Below are positions 1-8,907 of a stretch of DNA of 64,000 nucleotides, in pieces. The notes under the pieces are model-generated. The model had not been told where the DNA came from and did not search any database. It saw only the letters and a program-made list of their open reading frames with translations. Positions within the stretch are counted from its first letter, which is position 1. Every line of letters begins with the position of its first letter. A program made the translations under genes and the position numbers. Source of the DNA: Candidatus Sysuiplasma superficiale (GTDB lineage Archaea > Thermoplasmatota > Thermoplasmata > Sysuiplasmatales > Sysuiplasmataceae); the NCBI GenBank assembly GCA_019720975.1, contig JAGVSJ010000009.1, forward strand, positions 4,065 through 68,064. The letters are read 5' to 3'.

Positions 1-104
1 TGAGCAGGTTTAACCACCCTGAAGTAAAGCGAGCCAAGATCGGAGTATGTAACGCTTGCAAGGAATACGTCACTTCGGGTCAAACCGATTGTCTCCCGGG
101 CCAT
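1..104 (-). CDS. hypothetical protein, N-terminal part only (runs off window start)
   Basis: ATG at 104-102 on the minus strand, then an open frame (MARETIGLTRSDVFLASVTYSDLGSLYFRVVKPA...) to position 1. It lies 35 nt downstream of the hemL stop on the same strand. No family recognised. Confidence 0.3.
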   Translation of the reverse strand, partial: MARETIGLTRSDVFLASVTYSDLGSLYFRVVKPA

Positions 105-138
105 TCTATATTTACATGTGTTAATACTTTTGCCCGTA

Positions 139-1362
139 TCAGCTATTGATTAAAGACCGATCTCTCCGTGACCGGTATATATTCTCTGCCATCTCCGCAA
201 TAAAGGAGAAATTATCCGAAACCATTTTCTGTGTGTGGCTGAAGGAGATGAAGATAGTTTCCTCTTGGGAAGGAGGAATGAAGATGCCCTCATCCAGTGC
301 AAGTCTGAAAAGTTTAGGAAACAGGGAATGATCTATTGCCCTGACGTCCCTGTAATCGGTAACTTTTCCTCTTGTGAAAAAAAGGGAGACCATGCCCGTG
401 TCGGAAGTCACACACAGTCCAGATGAGAGCAGTTTCTCTGCTGCAATCTCTGAAAGATGTCGAAGGTATCCGTAGTCTTTTCTTCTGAGTATATCGAGCG
501 TCTTAAGACCGGCTGCGACGGAGACAGGATGCGCAGCATAGGTGCCTGCCTGGGGAAAGCTGCCGGCCGGTTTTACATCCCTCATCACATCATCTCTTCC
601 GCCATATAGTGCAAGCGGCATTCCGCCTCCTATGATCTTTCCGAGTGTCACGATGTCGGGCTCTACACCAGCGGCCTCTGAATAAAGACCGAAGCGCGTC
701 CTGAAACCTGTGATTACCTCGTCGCAGACGAGAAGTGAACCGTATCTGTTGCACAGCTCACGCACCGACTGAAGATAGTCCTTCTCTGGAGGTATAAAAC
801 CAGCATTGCCTAACGCAGGCTCAATTATCACTGCAGCGTACTCCTTCCCCGAAAGCTTCCTCTCAAGTTCATTGATTGAGTTGAACCCTACCTCATCAAC
901 TATGTCCGATCTGTAGTTGAGCGTATGGGTGCCGTGGTATCCTCCTTCCATTTTGACTATCTTTTTCCTGCCGGTGTGGTGAATGGCAAGCCTGAGAGCA
1001 TGCATGGTTGCCTCACTTCCACTGGCAACAAAACGCATGCGCTCAAGTGAGGGACAGTACTTTCCTATCATTTCCGCCAGTGCAACCTCATCCGGGGCAG
1101 GAGCGCCGAAAATCATGCCATTTCGCGCCACCCTATGTAGAGCGTTTACAACGCCACCCTCGGAATGACCAAGGATGAGAGGGCCGTAGCCCAGCACGTA
1201 ATCAGCGTATTTCCTGCCATCGACGTCCTGAAGATAAGGCCCTTCACCCCGCCGCATGTATCGCGGGTAAGGTGGATAGTATCTCACAGGACTGTTAACC
1301 CCACCTGGAAAGACTGCATTCGCCCTTCCAAACAATCTCTGACTTCTGGACAAACTCCACAC
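139..1362 (-). CDS. hemL: glutamate-1-semialdehyde 2,1-aminomutase
   Basis: The ORF track protein carries LFGRANAVFPGGVNSPVR, the class-III aminotransferase core and the PLP-Lys region (TLGKIIGGG). The ORF is open to 1515, but homologues start about 10 aa before LF..A. An in-frame GTG at 1362 fits that length, so the start is uncertain. Confidence 0.9.
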   Translation of the reverse strand: MWSLSRSQRLFGRANAVFPGGVNSPVRYYPPYPRYMRRGEGPYLQDVDGRKYADYVLGYGPLILGHSEGGVVNALHRVARNGMIFGAPAPDEVALAEMIGKYCPSLERMRFVASGSEATMHALRLAIHHTGRKKIVKMEGGYHGTHTLNYRSDIVDEVGFNSINELERKLSGKEYAAVIIEPALGNAGFIPPEKDYLQSVRELCNRYGSLLVCDEVITGFRTRFGLYSEAAGVEPDIVTLGKIIGGGMPLALYGGRDDVMRDVKPAGSFPQAGTYAAHPVSVAAGLKTLDILRRKDYGYLRHLSEIAAEKLLSSGLCVTSDTGMVSLFFTRGKVTDYRDVRAIDHSLFPKLFRLALDEGIFIPPSQEETIFISFSHTQKMVSDNFSFIAEMAENIYRSRRDRSLINS

Positions 1363-1716
1363 GCCCTGTAACTCAAGATAGCCAATTGGTTTAAATGTCT
1401 GAGTATGAGAGGATCTGAGACATCTATCTCCGGGACAGAGCAGATACGCCGACTGCCCTATCCACGAGTCTGATATTGCATCCAAACTGTAAAAAATAAA
1501 GTTCGGTGATCTCAAGCGAAGGTGGCGAATTGATTTTCACCAGTATGCACCACAGTGCATGGACCTATCCGGAAATGAACATTCCTGTTACGGCCTGTGA
1601 AAATGGATACGAAAGCTCATATACTAATAAAAGCAGATTTAGAGAAGCTCAAATATCGATAAACTGTAATCAAAAATAGACCGATTTACTGATATTTGAT
1701 GGAGCAAAGCTGACAA

Positions 1717-3324
1717 ATGGCTGAAGAGCAGAAGAGCTCAAAGAGCTCAAGAAAGGAATGCTACAACTGCTGGCGCCTCATACCTGAGGATTCTAAGTTC
1801 TGTCCCTTCTGCGGATTTGACCAGATCGAGAAAGCAGGCTTCAAGCTCATATCCGAACAGAAGGAAGGCAGTGTCACTCAAGGCCAGACTTATTCTCAAA
1901 CCGTTACCACACCTCAGTACACGAACACAGCCTACTCCTCTGCTTCGCATAACTATACACAGTACGGTATGGCTGGCAGCATGTCACCGGCGTATACAGG
2001 AAATTATCCGCGACAGACAGTGCCAAGAAGATTCGGATGGGTCGACATTGCTCGCTTCATAGGAGCTTTCGGTGCCTTCATTTACCTGATTGCGCTTGTC
2101 ATCGAGATAGCTGCGGTCTATCTTTATACCGAATACATTCCCTTGATGGCGTCCTTCCCGCAGCCCTTCCCCTTCTACTTTGTAATTCCTCCTTTTCCAA
2201 CCGTCCTGATAAACGGGGTGTATTCGACAGGGTACTATGTGGCCTATCCGCTGATTGCGGTAATTGCCACCCTATGCTTCGTTTACATGCTTACAGTTTC
2301 TAGGAATTTCAAAAGGGAGATATCCTTCTCATACAGGGGCAAGGCAGGAAGCACGCTGTTCCTGATAGGGGGGCTTTTCATGGCATACATCTTCCTGAGC
2401 TATGCCATTGTTCTAATAGCTGCAGCTTTCGGCCAGTCGCTCCCCGCGCCTGATTTTGGTGCCATTCCCAATTACATGCTTATTTTTGAGCTCATATTTG
2501 CACCTGTCTGGGAAGAAACGGTCTACAGGATGATGATAATCGGCATACCGATACTCATCTACGCGGCACTGACGCACAGCGGCGACGGCAGGAAATGGTG
2601 GAAATATCTTCTCGGCGGAAACATGAAAATCACGAAACCTGTCATCGTAATGATGCTCATCTCGGCATCAATTTTTGGCGTGGCTCACTGGGCTGCAGAT
2701 TCGGGATGGGGACTCTGGAAGATTTTCCCAGCAGCAGTGGCAGGTCTCATTCTGGCATATCTGTTTGTAAGGAAGGGGCTCTGGGCAAGCATACTCTTCC
2801 ATTTCAGCGTTGACGCCGCAGGCATAATAACATCTCCAGCCAACAACAATGCTCTGCTGAACTCGACAATGGACGGATTTCTCTTCATCTGGATTGTGGT
2901 TGGTGCCATTTTCTTCGTCTACTGGTTGATGGTTCTTTATGGCTTTGTAACAGGCATAAAGACCCTTCCTCCTTCGGTTACCTCAAGGTACGCGGCAGCG
3001 GCTACTGGAAGTTCAAATTCAGAAAATACCCAATCAACCGCCGGAACAGATGAAAAACCACCAACACTCTCTCCGTCGTACGCACATTTTGATGCCGGCA
3101 CAGGCACTGCAGTGGCACCGCAGACATATCAGCACCCCTCTGGGATACAGTCACCACAGGCTCAGCAGGAGGGACATAACCTGACCCAGTACAGCGGAAG
3201 GATACCAACGACACCGAGCGAGCTCGCATTTGGATATGTCTGCAGTAACTGTGGGGGACTTGAGGCAAAGTACGAAAACGGGAAATTCATATGTGTGTAC
3301 TGCGGACATGAATCAGACAAATGA
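1717..3324 (+). CDS. CPBP-family intramembrane glutamic endopeptidase with N- and C-terminal zinc ribbons
   Basis: CPBP motifs are present: WEETVYR (EExxxR), FGVAHW (FxxxH) and HFSVD (HxxxD), in a multi-TM core. N-terminal CYNC...CPFCG and C-terminal CSNCGG...CVYCGH ribbons are joined to the core by Q/T/S/Y-rich linkers. Confidence 0.75.
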   Translation: MAEEQKSSKSSRKECYNCWRLIPEDSKFCPFCGFDQIEKAGFKLISEQKEGSVTQGQTYSQTVTTPQYTNTAYSSASHNYTQYGMAGSMSPAYTGNYPRQTVPRRFGWVDIARFIGAFGAFIYLIALVIEIAAVYLYTEYIPLMASFPQPFPFYFVIPPFPTVLINGVYSTGYYVAYPLIAVIATLCFVYMLTVSRNFKREISFSYRGKAGSTLFLIGGLFMAYIFLSYAIVLIAAAFGQSLPAPDFGAIPNYMLIFELIFAPVWEETVYRMMIIGIPILIYAALTHSGDGRKWWKYLLGGNMKITKPVIVMMLISASIFGVAHWAADSGWGLWKIFPAAVAGLILAYLFVRKGLWASILFHFSVDAAGIITSPANNNALLNSTMDGFLFIWIVVGAIFFVYWLMVLYGFVTGIKTLPPSVTSRYAAAATGSSNSENTQSTAGTDEKPPTLSPSYAHFDAGTGTAVAPQTYQHPSGIQSPQAQQEGHNLTQYSGRIPTTPSELAFGYVCSNCGGLEAKYENGKFICVYCGHESDK

Positions 3325-4080
3325 CCCCAGTATTCTTGTCAGATAGTTCTTCCCTTCAATGGCCTCAGGTAAGTTTCTTGCCTCAATGACAAGAGGGCAG
3401 TTCATTGTGTGCAGGTTGCGTAGGATGGCTGAATGATCAGATACACCTCTGCCTATAGGCAGATGGCAATCTGATTTTCCATCGTTGTCACTAATGTGGA
3501 GCATCTTTATGCTGTCACGCGCTGCAAGAAATGCACTCAGTTCCCCTTCGAGAAGAGCATGAGAGATGTCAAGACACAAACCGGCCCTCGTTCCATCTAT
3601 TATCTTCCTCATCTCGGAGTAGCGTGAACCCAGAGCGAATGTGTCGGAGGGTAGATTTTCCACGAGCAGTGTAGAATTGTGAGAGGCAGCATATGAGGAT
3701 AGAGAAATTATGGCTTCCCTCGAAAGAACAATGGCCCTTTCCCTTTCCTGAAAGGAAAGAAGCGAATAATTACCGGGGTGAAGGACAAAGGTTGTTACAC
3801 CGAGAAGGGAAAATGTGCTGATTGCTCTGGCACATTCGTTGATGGACGCTGTTCTTATACTTCTGTTAAGACTCGCCAGATTTATATCATCCATAGGAAG
3901 ATGGACAGTATACTGCAAATCATAAGATCCTGACAAATCTTCAAAGACATCTGACACCATCTCTGGACTGTGCCTTCCTTCGGCTACAAGCTGCCATCCT
4001 TCAAAATTACTGGCCACTTCCTCTATGTTTTCCTCGAATCCCTTGAGGCAGAGGGAAAGAGAAGAAAGATGGAGTTTCAC
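3313..4080 (-). CDS. sugar phosphate isomerase/epimerase (xylose-isomerase-like TIM barrel)
   Basis: Motifs FVLHPGN, LLVENL, LCLDISHA and HISDNDG are typical of the AP-endonuclease-2/xylose-isomerase-like TIM barrel fold. Confidence 0.7.
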   Translation of the reverse strand: MKLHLSSLSLCLKGFEENIEEVASNFEGWQLVAEGRHSPEMVSDVFEDLSGSYDLQYTVHLPMDDINLASLNRSIRTASINECARAISTFSLLGVTTFVLHPGNYSLLSFQERERAIVLSREAIISLSSYAASHNSTLLVENLPSDTFALGSRYSEMRKIIDGTRAGLCLDISHALLEGELSAFLAARDSIKMLHISDNDGKSDCHLPIGRGVSDHSAILRNLHTMNCPLVIEARNLPEAIEGKNYLTRILGSFV

Positions 4081-4511
4081 AGATGACTCCTCGCCTGCCC
4101 GCCGTTGTGAGTGGCGGATGTCGTTTGCTCCCTCGCTGAAATATATCCCTGGATTCCCAGCATCTTCTCAAAATAAATCACAGGCTCCCTCACTTCTCCC
4201 CTAAAAACAATCTCACCGAGCGGTTTTGGCTCGTCCACAAGATTGACTTTTCCGGCAAAAGCCGCCTGCTTGTTCAGTGAAATCGAAAAGGAGGCAATGT
4301 CACTGTGTCTGTGGATGCTCTCTAGGAATGCATAACGTATCTTTTGCTCAATCACCATGTTCATAAGGTGTTGAATGTCCTTGATTTCGCCTTCCAGCCT
4401 GCCCTCCCTGATGATAATATTCGTCTCCGGAAAGAGATTGATGACAGAGATTCTCACTTTTTCTGCATCTTCTGTTGGGTATATTTCCGAAATTACATAG
4501 AATGACGCCAT
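4077..4511 (-). CDS. UPF0201/COG1931-like putative RNA-binding protein
   Basis: 144-aa ORF whose stop/start overlaps the downstream gene by 4 nt. Length and sequence pattern resemble the archaeal UPF0201 family. The family call is from memory only. Confidence 0.45.
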   Translation of the reverse strand: MASFYVISEIYPTEDAEKVRISVINLFPETNIIIREGRLEGEIKDIQHLMNMVIEQKIRYAFLESIHRHSDIASFSISLNKQAAFAGKVNLVDEPKPLGEIVFRGEVREPVIYFEKMLGIQGYISAREQTTSATHNGGQARSHL

Positions 4512-4637
4512 CAGTGATCAGCATCTGCCCAATCAATGGACTTTATTAAAATAATTCTTTTGCTGGAACCTGCTGGTCGATCGTGCAAAAGTGTAACACT
4601 ATATATTCTCAGAGAGCGATCCGCATCCGATAATACG

Positions 4638-5567
4638 GTGGCAACTTTCACTATCGGTATATGCGCCGTGGATGAGGCTGACAGTCTTCGTAGGCTCATT
4701 GGCGTAATCAACAGAGAGGAGATACCTGAGGGTATGGAGATAAGGGACATTGTAATCGTTGTCAGTGGTGGCTTTCGCTCTACGGAAAATGTTGCATTGT
4801 CCGAGCCGTCCAGGTATACAAAGAGGGTGTTTGTTGAAAGCTTGCGGAAAGGCAAGGCTGAGGCAATAAACCGCATCATGGCAAGCATGGAGGGCAGCAA
4901 CCTAATCCTTATAAATGCGGATGCTGAGCCTTCGTCCGGTGCAATAGGCCGCCTGATGGAAGCACTCCTGACCTCTGATTTTTCCATCGTTTGCGCAACA
5001 CCCTATCCTGCAAGCGCAGGCAAAGCCGGGAATTTTCCAGTGTATTCAATATGCAGATTCATGTGGGCACTCCATAATGCGACCATGAGTGTTCTCGGGA
5101 GCAGGGATCACAGAATACATCTTACAGATGAGATGATAGCCATCGGCGGGTCCGAAATAATTGCTCTTCCGGAGGATATCGTCAATGACGGTGCTTACCT
5201 CTCAGTCAGGGCGCAGATTGCAGGCAAAAAAATCACCTTTGCTGAGGATGCAAGGGTCACTGTAACTCCGCCTGCTTCAATCCGTGACTTCCTTAGGCAG
5301 AGAAGAAGGATCATCTACGGCCATATGCAGATTGAGAAGAACCTTGGCATTTTGCCAGCAACAGCAGAATTCACATTGCTGCACAGGCCATTTTCAGCGG
5401 CCGTCATATGGAAGGAATACATAAAGAAGTATCCACTGGAATCACTGGCACTTCCAGCGGCCATCATACTGGAATTGATATCAATGGCAGCAGCATTGAA
5501 GGACATTAGGAAACCACATAACCCTCACAGAATATGGCATAGGTCGATGCAAGTTTCTTGGAGATGA
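4638..5567 (+). CDS. glycosyltransferase family 2-like protein
   Basis: GT-A-like N-terminal half (FTIGICAVDEAD..., LILINADAEP as the DxD equivalent) and a QRRRIIYGH motif resembling the GT2 Q(R/Q)xRW. The ORF is open from 4536. TATA-like TTTATTAAAATAA at 4543-4555 lies inside that extension, so the first canonical start after it (GTG 4638) is preferred. Confidence 0.6.
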   Translation: MATFTIGICAVDEADSLRRLIGVINREEIPEGMEIRDIVIVVSGGFRSTENVALSEPSRYTKRVFVESLRKGKAEAINRIMASMEGSNLILINADAEPSSGAIGRLMEALLTSDFSIVCATPYPASAGKAGNFPVYSICRFMWALHNATMSVLGSRDHRIHLTDEMIAIGGSEIIALPEDIVNDGAYLSVRAQIAGKKITFAEDARVTVTPPASIRDFLRQRRRIIYGHMQIEKNLGILPATAEFTLLHRPFSAAVIWKEYIKKYPLESLALPAAIILELISMAAALKDIRKPHNPHRIWHRSMQVSWR

Positions 5568-6487
5568 TTCACGGGGATGATATTCTGATTTGTGGCCAAG
5601 GTCAGCTAAACTACATGAGATCGCAGGTCATAAGCGAGCTCAGATATTCATCCTTTTGCGGCTACAGTGCGTCCATTGACGACATACAGAACAGGCTCTG
5701 TGGAGCTGACAGGGAGCTTATCCAGCACTGCAGCAACGCAATAACTTCGCTCTTGAATGAAGGGGCTATCAAATTCGATGGGAAGGCATTGAGTCTTTCT
5801 GCGGATGGCAGTACCGCCAGAAATTATCTTGATGACAGAAGAAGGGCTGAAGAGAGATATCGCTTTGCTTCCCAGTTCCTGAACGATGCACTTGCAGATA
5901 TTCCTGATGTTCTTCTTGCTGGGATAGGCGGCTCTGTATCCTACGGTACGGCTCGGGAAGATGATGATGTGGACATAGTAATAGTCTCAAGGGATGGAGC
6001 ACTATGGAATGTTCTGTGGAGACTCCTTCTTGATGCCAGAAAGACAAGAAAGGGATCCCCTGACAAACCATTGCTGTGCTTTAGCTACTGCATCGAGGAC
6101 AGCGCCTTCAGAGTGGAGACTGCGACCCACAGGAGCAGGCTTTTTGCAAGCGACTTCCTGAACATGAAGGTGGTGAAAGGAGAGGGGTATTACGCCGAAA
6201 TTCTCAGAGAGAATGAATGGATGGCTTCCTACTATCCTGGATACTACCGCAGGGCAAGGACAGGCAGCAAGGGAGGGCCAGCGCCTTCAGCCATGAAAAC
6301 TAGACCGGATGTCACGAAATATGCTGTTGCCGGTACCTACCTTAAACTTTCAGCAACTGTCAGAAACATACTTTTCAGACTGAGAGGAATGAATGATTCT
6401 GACTTCAGTGCAATAATCAGGCATGACAGATGTATTTACCAGTCATCCAAGTGGAAGAGACTTGAGATGCTGGACAGTCATAAGTGA
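5564..6487 (+). CDS. nucleotidyltransferase-fold protein with N-terminal wHTH-like region
   Basis: Pol-beta-type NTase signature GIGGSVSYGTAREDDDVDIVIV (G[GS]-x9-13-DxD). ATG 5564 overlaps the GT2 stop (ATGA). An alternative TTG start lies at 5558. Confidence 0.55.
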   Translation: MIHGDDILICGQGQLNYMRSQVISELRYSSFCGYSASIDDIQNRLCGADRELIQHCSNAITSLLNEGAIKFDGKALSLSADGSTARNYLDDRRRAEERYRFASQFLNDALADIPDVLLAGIGGSVSYGTAREDDDVDIVIVSRDGALWNVLWRLLLDARKTRKGSPDKPLLCFSYCIEDSAFRVETATHRSRLFASDFLNMKVVKGEGYYAEILRENEWMASYYPGYYRRARTGSKGGPAPSAMKTRPDVTKYAVAGTYLKLSATVRNILFRLRGMNDSDFSAIIRHDRCIYQSSKWKRLEMLDSHK

Positions 6488-6582
6488 AGAAAATTTTAGC
6501 TTTTCCGTTCATCTGACTGATTTCAACTGTGTTTACTGATAAATTGCTCTATACTTTGTCTGAAAGGCTTAAATATGACCAA

Positions 6583-8064
6583 ATGAAGATATGCAAAGCA
6601 AGGGTGACATTTCTGGCAAGGAGAAACTTCGCGGTGTCGGACGTGATTGAGTCTGTGAACAGGGATGGAGTCAGATGGATTGATCTGCAATTCACTGATC
6701 TTGTCGGCGGGCTGCAGCACATAACAATTCCTGCTTCTGCGCTTAATGAGAAGAGCTTCAGCAGGGGTGTGAATAAACTGGACGGCTCTTCCATTAAGGG
6801 TTTCAAGGAAATACATGAGTCTGATATGGTGATGAGGCCTGATCCTGCAACCTATGCCGTTCTGCCATTTTACCCTCCTGAACAGAAGACAGCGAGACTT
6901 CTAGTAGATATCTACGAAGGCGGATCTGCTGAACGTTTCACGCGCGACCCCAGATTCGTTGCTCAGAAGGCTGTTGAATACGCAAGGAACAACGGTTTCG
7001 ATACAACCTACTGGGGACCTGAACCGGAGTTTTTTGTCTTCGACGGCATAAAGGTGACACCGAATCCACTGGCTGCAAGAGACGGATGGGGCGGTTCGGG
7101 ATATGAGATAATATCAAAAGAGTCACCGTGGTTCAATGACAGCGGAAAGCAGTTTCCGATCAGATTCAAGGAAGGATACTATCCGGCTCCGCCCCAGGAC
7201 ACGCTCGTTGACTTCCGCAATGAGGCTGCAAGCATACTCACTGACACATTTGGTCTGGAGATTGATGCACACCACCATGAGGTTGCGACCGCAGGTCAGT
7301 GCGAGCTCAATTTACATTTCGATGAACTTGTTTCAATGGCAGACAATGTTGTAACAATGAAATATGTCCTGAAGAATGTTGCAAAGAGAATGGGCATGAT
7401 ATGCACCTGGATGCCCAAGCCGGTCTTTGGCGACAATGCGTCTGGTATGCATGTCCATCAGAGCCTGTGGAGCTCGGAGAAGAACATATTCTACGATCCG
7501 TCAGATGATTATGCTGAAATCAGCCAGACATGCAGGTACTATATAGGCGGTTTGATGGATCATGCAAGGGCACTCTGTGCCATAACCAATCCCACCACAA
7601 ACTCATACAGGAGGCTTGTTCCCGGATACGAAGCACCTGTATTCATAGCCTGGAGCAAGAGAAACAGATCTGCAAACATAAGGATACCGATGTATGAGAG
7701 AGGAGAGGAAAGGAGCAAGAGACTTGAATACAGGACACCAGATCCTAGCTGCAATATCTATCTCGCAGAAGCGGCAATGCTTGCCGCAGGTATTGACGGC
7801 ATAAAGAAGAAGATAGACCCTGGAAACCCAGTTGACAAGGACATTTACAAGCTGACGCGCATGGACAGGAGAGAACTCGGCATAAAGGAACTTCCAGGAA
7901 GCCTGAAGGAGAGCATAGAGGAGCTGGAGTCCGACCATGATTTCCTGCTGCCTGTTTTCTCTGAAGATCTGATTGAAACGCACATTCAGCTGAAAATGGA
8001 TGAGTTCCTCAATGTCTCCATGAGGACAACGCCGTATGAGGTATATCGCTACATGGATATCTGA
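6583..8064 (+). CDS. glnA: glutamine synthetase type I
   Basis: N-terminal beta-grasp (IDLQFTDLVGG...DGSSIKGF), catalytic-domain motifs (HHHEVATAGQCE, NASGMHVHQS) and the NSYRRLVPGYEAP region. The start is uncertain, with in-frame candidates at 6529, 6583 and a later GTG. Confidence 0.9.
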   Translation: MKICKARVTFLARRNFAVSDVIESVNRDGVRWIDLQFTDLVGGLQHITIPASALNEKSFSRGVNKLDGSSIKGFKEIHESDMVMRPDPATYAVLPFYPPEQKTARLLVDIYEGGSAERFTRDPRFVAQKAVEYARNNGFDTTYWGPEPEFFVFDGIKVTPNPLAARDGWGGSGYEIISKESPWFNDSGKQFPIRFKEGYYPAPPQDTLVDFRNEAASILTDTFGLEIDAHHHEVATAGQCELNLHFDELVSMADNVVTMKYVLKNVAKRMGMICTWMPKPVFGDNASGMHVHQSLWSSEKNIFYDPSDDYAEISQTCRYYIGGLMDHARALCAITNPTTNSYRRLVPGYEAPVFIAWSKRNRSANIRIPMYERGEERSKRLEYRTPDPSCNIYLAEAAMLAAGIDGIKKKIDPGNPVDKDIYKLTRMDRRELGIKELPGSLKESIEELESDHDFLLPVFSEDLIETHIQLKMDEFLNVSMRTTPYEVYRYMDI

Positions 8065-8139
8065 TGCCATCTCCTTCCGCCAGGAAGGTAGATAATCTGC
8101 AGGATATGGTTAAATAGTGACAGTGCGGCTATTTGAAAT

Positions 8140-8901
8140 GTGAGAGATGAAGACATACCGCTGTCTGTCAGGAACCTGACGATAAGATACGGAGAAAGGA
8201 CTGCTGTTGAGGATCTCTCATTCGACGTCCATCCGGGAAAGATATACGGGCTCCTGGGTCCAAACGGCGCAGGGAAGACATCCACGCTGAAGGCTATCCT
8301 AGGTCTTGTTGAGAAATCTAGCGGGAGAGCATTTGTATACGGAAAGGATGTGAGGGATGACCCTGTATATGTGAAGAACAGGATCGGTGTTGTTCTGGAG
8401 AGTCCTGTCCTTTTTGACTCACTTACGCCAAACGAATTCATGGAATTTGTCGCTTCCATAAGGAAGGTGGATAACAGAGGTAGAATAGAACATCTTGTCA
8501 ATGCCTTCGGCCTCCAAGAATACATGGAGACACCGATTGCCAGCCTTTCAATGGGCAACAGACAGAAAACAACGATAGTTGCGGCCCTGATGTCGGAACC
8601 GCCACTCCTGCTGCTAGATGAACCGTTCAACGGCCTGGATATCAGGTCTGTGAAGATATTCAAGGAACTCATACTGAACCACGTCAGAAGAGGCAATTCA
8701 GTACTGTTCTCGACTCACATACTGGACGTTGTGGAAAAGATATGCGATGAGGTTGGCATACTGAACAATGGAAGGATGGTGGAGCACGGTACAATGGATG
8801 ACCTGCGGAAACGACTTGAGGGATCGGACCTGGAGGAAATTTTCCTGAAAGCAACGAAGATGGATGAGGAAATAGAGAGCATACTTCGAGCATTCGAGTG
8901 A
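8140..8901 (+). CDS. ABC transporter ATP-binding protein
   Basis: Walker A GPNGAGKTS, signature LSMGNRQK and Walker B LLLLDEP. GTG start. Confidence 0.85.
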   Translation: MRDEDIPLSVRNLTIRYGERTAVEDLSFDVHPGKIYGLLGPNGAGKTSTLKAILGLVEKSSGRAFVYGKDVRDDPVYVKNRIGVVLESPVLFDSLTPNEFMEFVASIRKVDNRGRIEHLVNAFGLQEYMETPIASLSMGNRQKTTIVAALMSEPPLLLLDEPFNGLDIRSVKIFKELILNHVRRGNSVLFSTHILDVVEKICDEVGILNNGRMVEHGTMDDLRKRLEGSDLEEIFLKATKMDEEIESILRAFE

Positions 8902-8907
8902 TTCCCC

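Noticed and set aside
4511-4987. 158-aa minus-strand ORF overlapping the GT2-like gene
   Set aside because: No motifs. The plus-strand frame has GT-A-like features and is translationally coupled to the next gene.
8049-8696. 215-aa minus-strand ORF antisense to the ABC ATPase
   Set aside because: No recognisable domain, and the opposite strand carries Walker A, signature and Walker B motifs.
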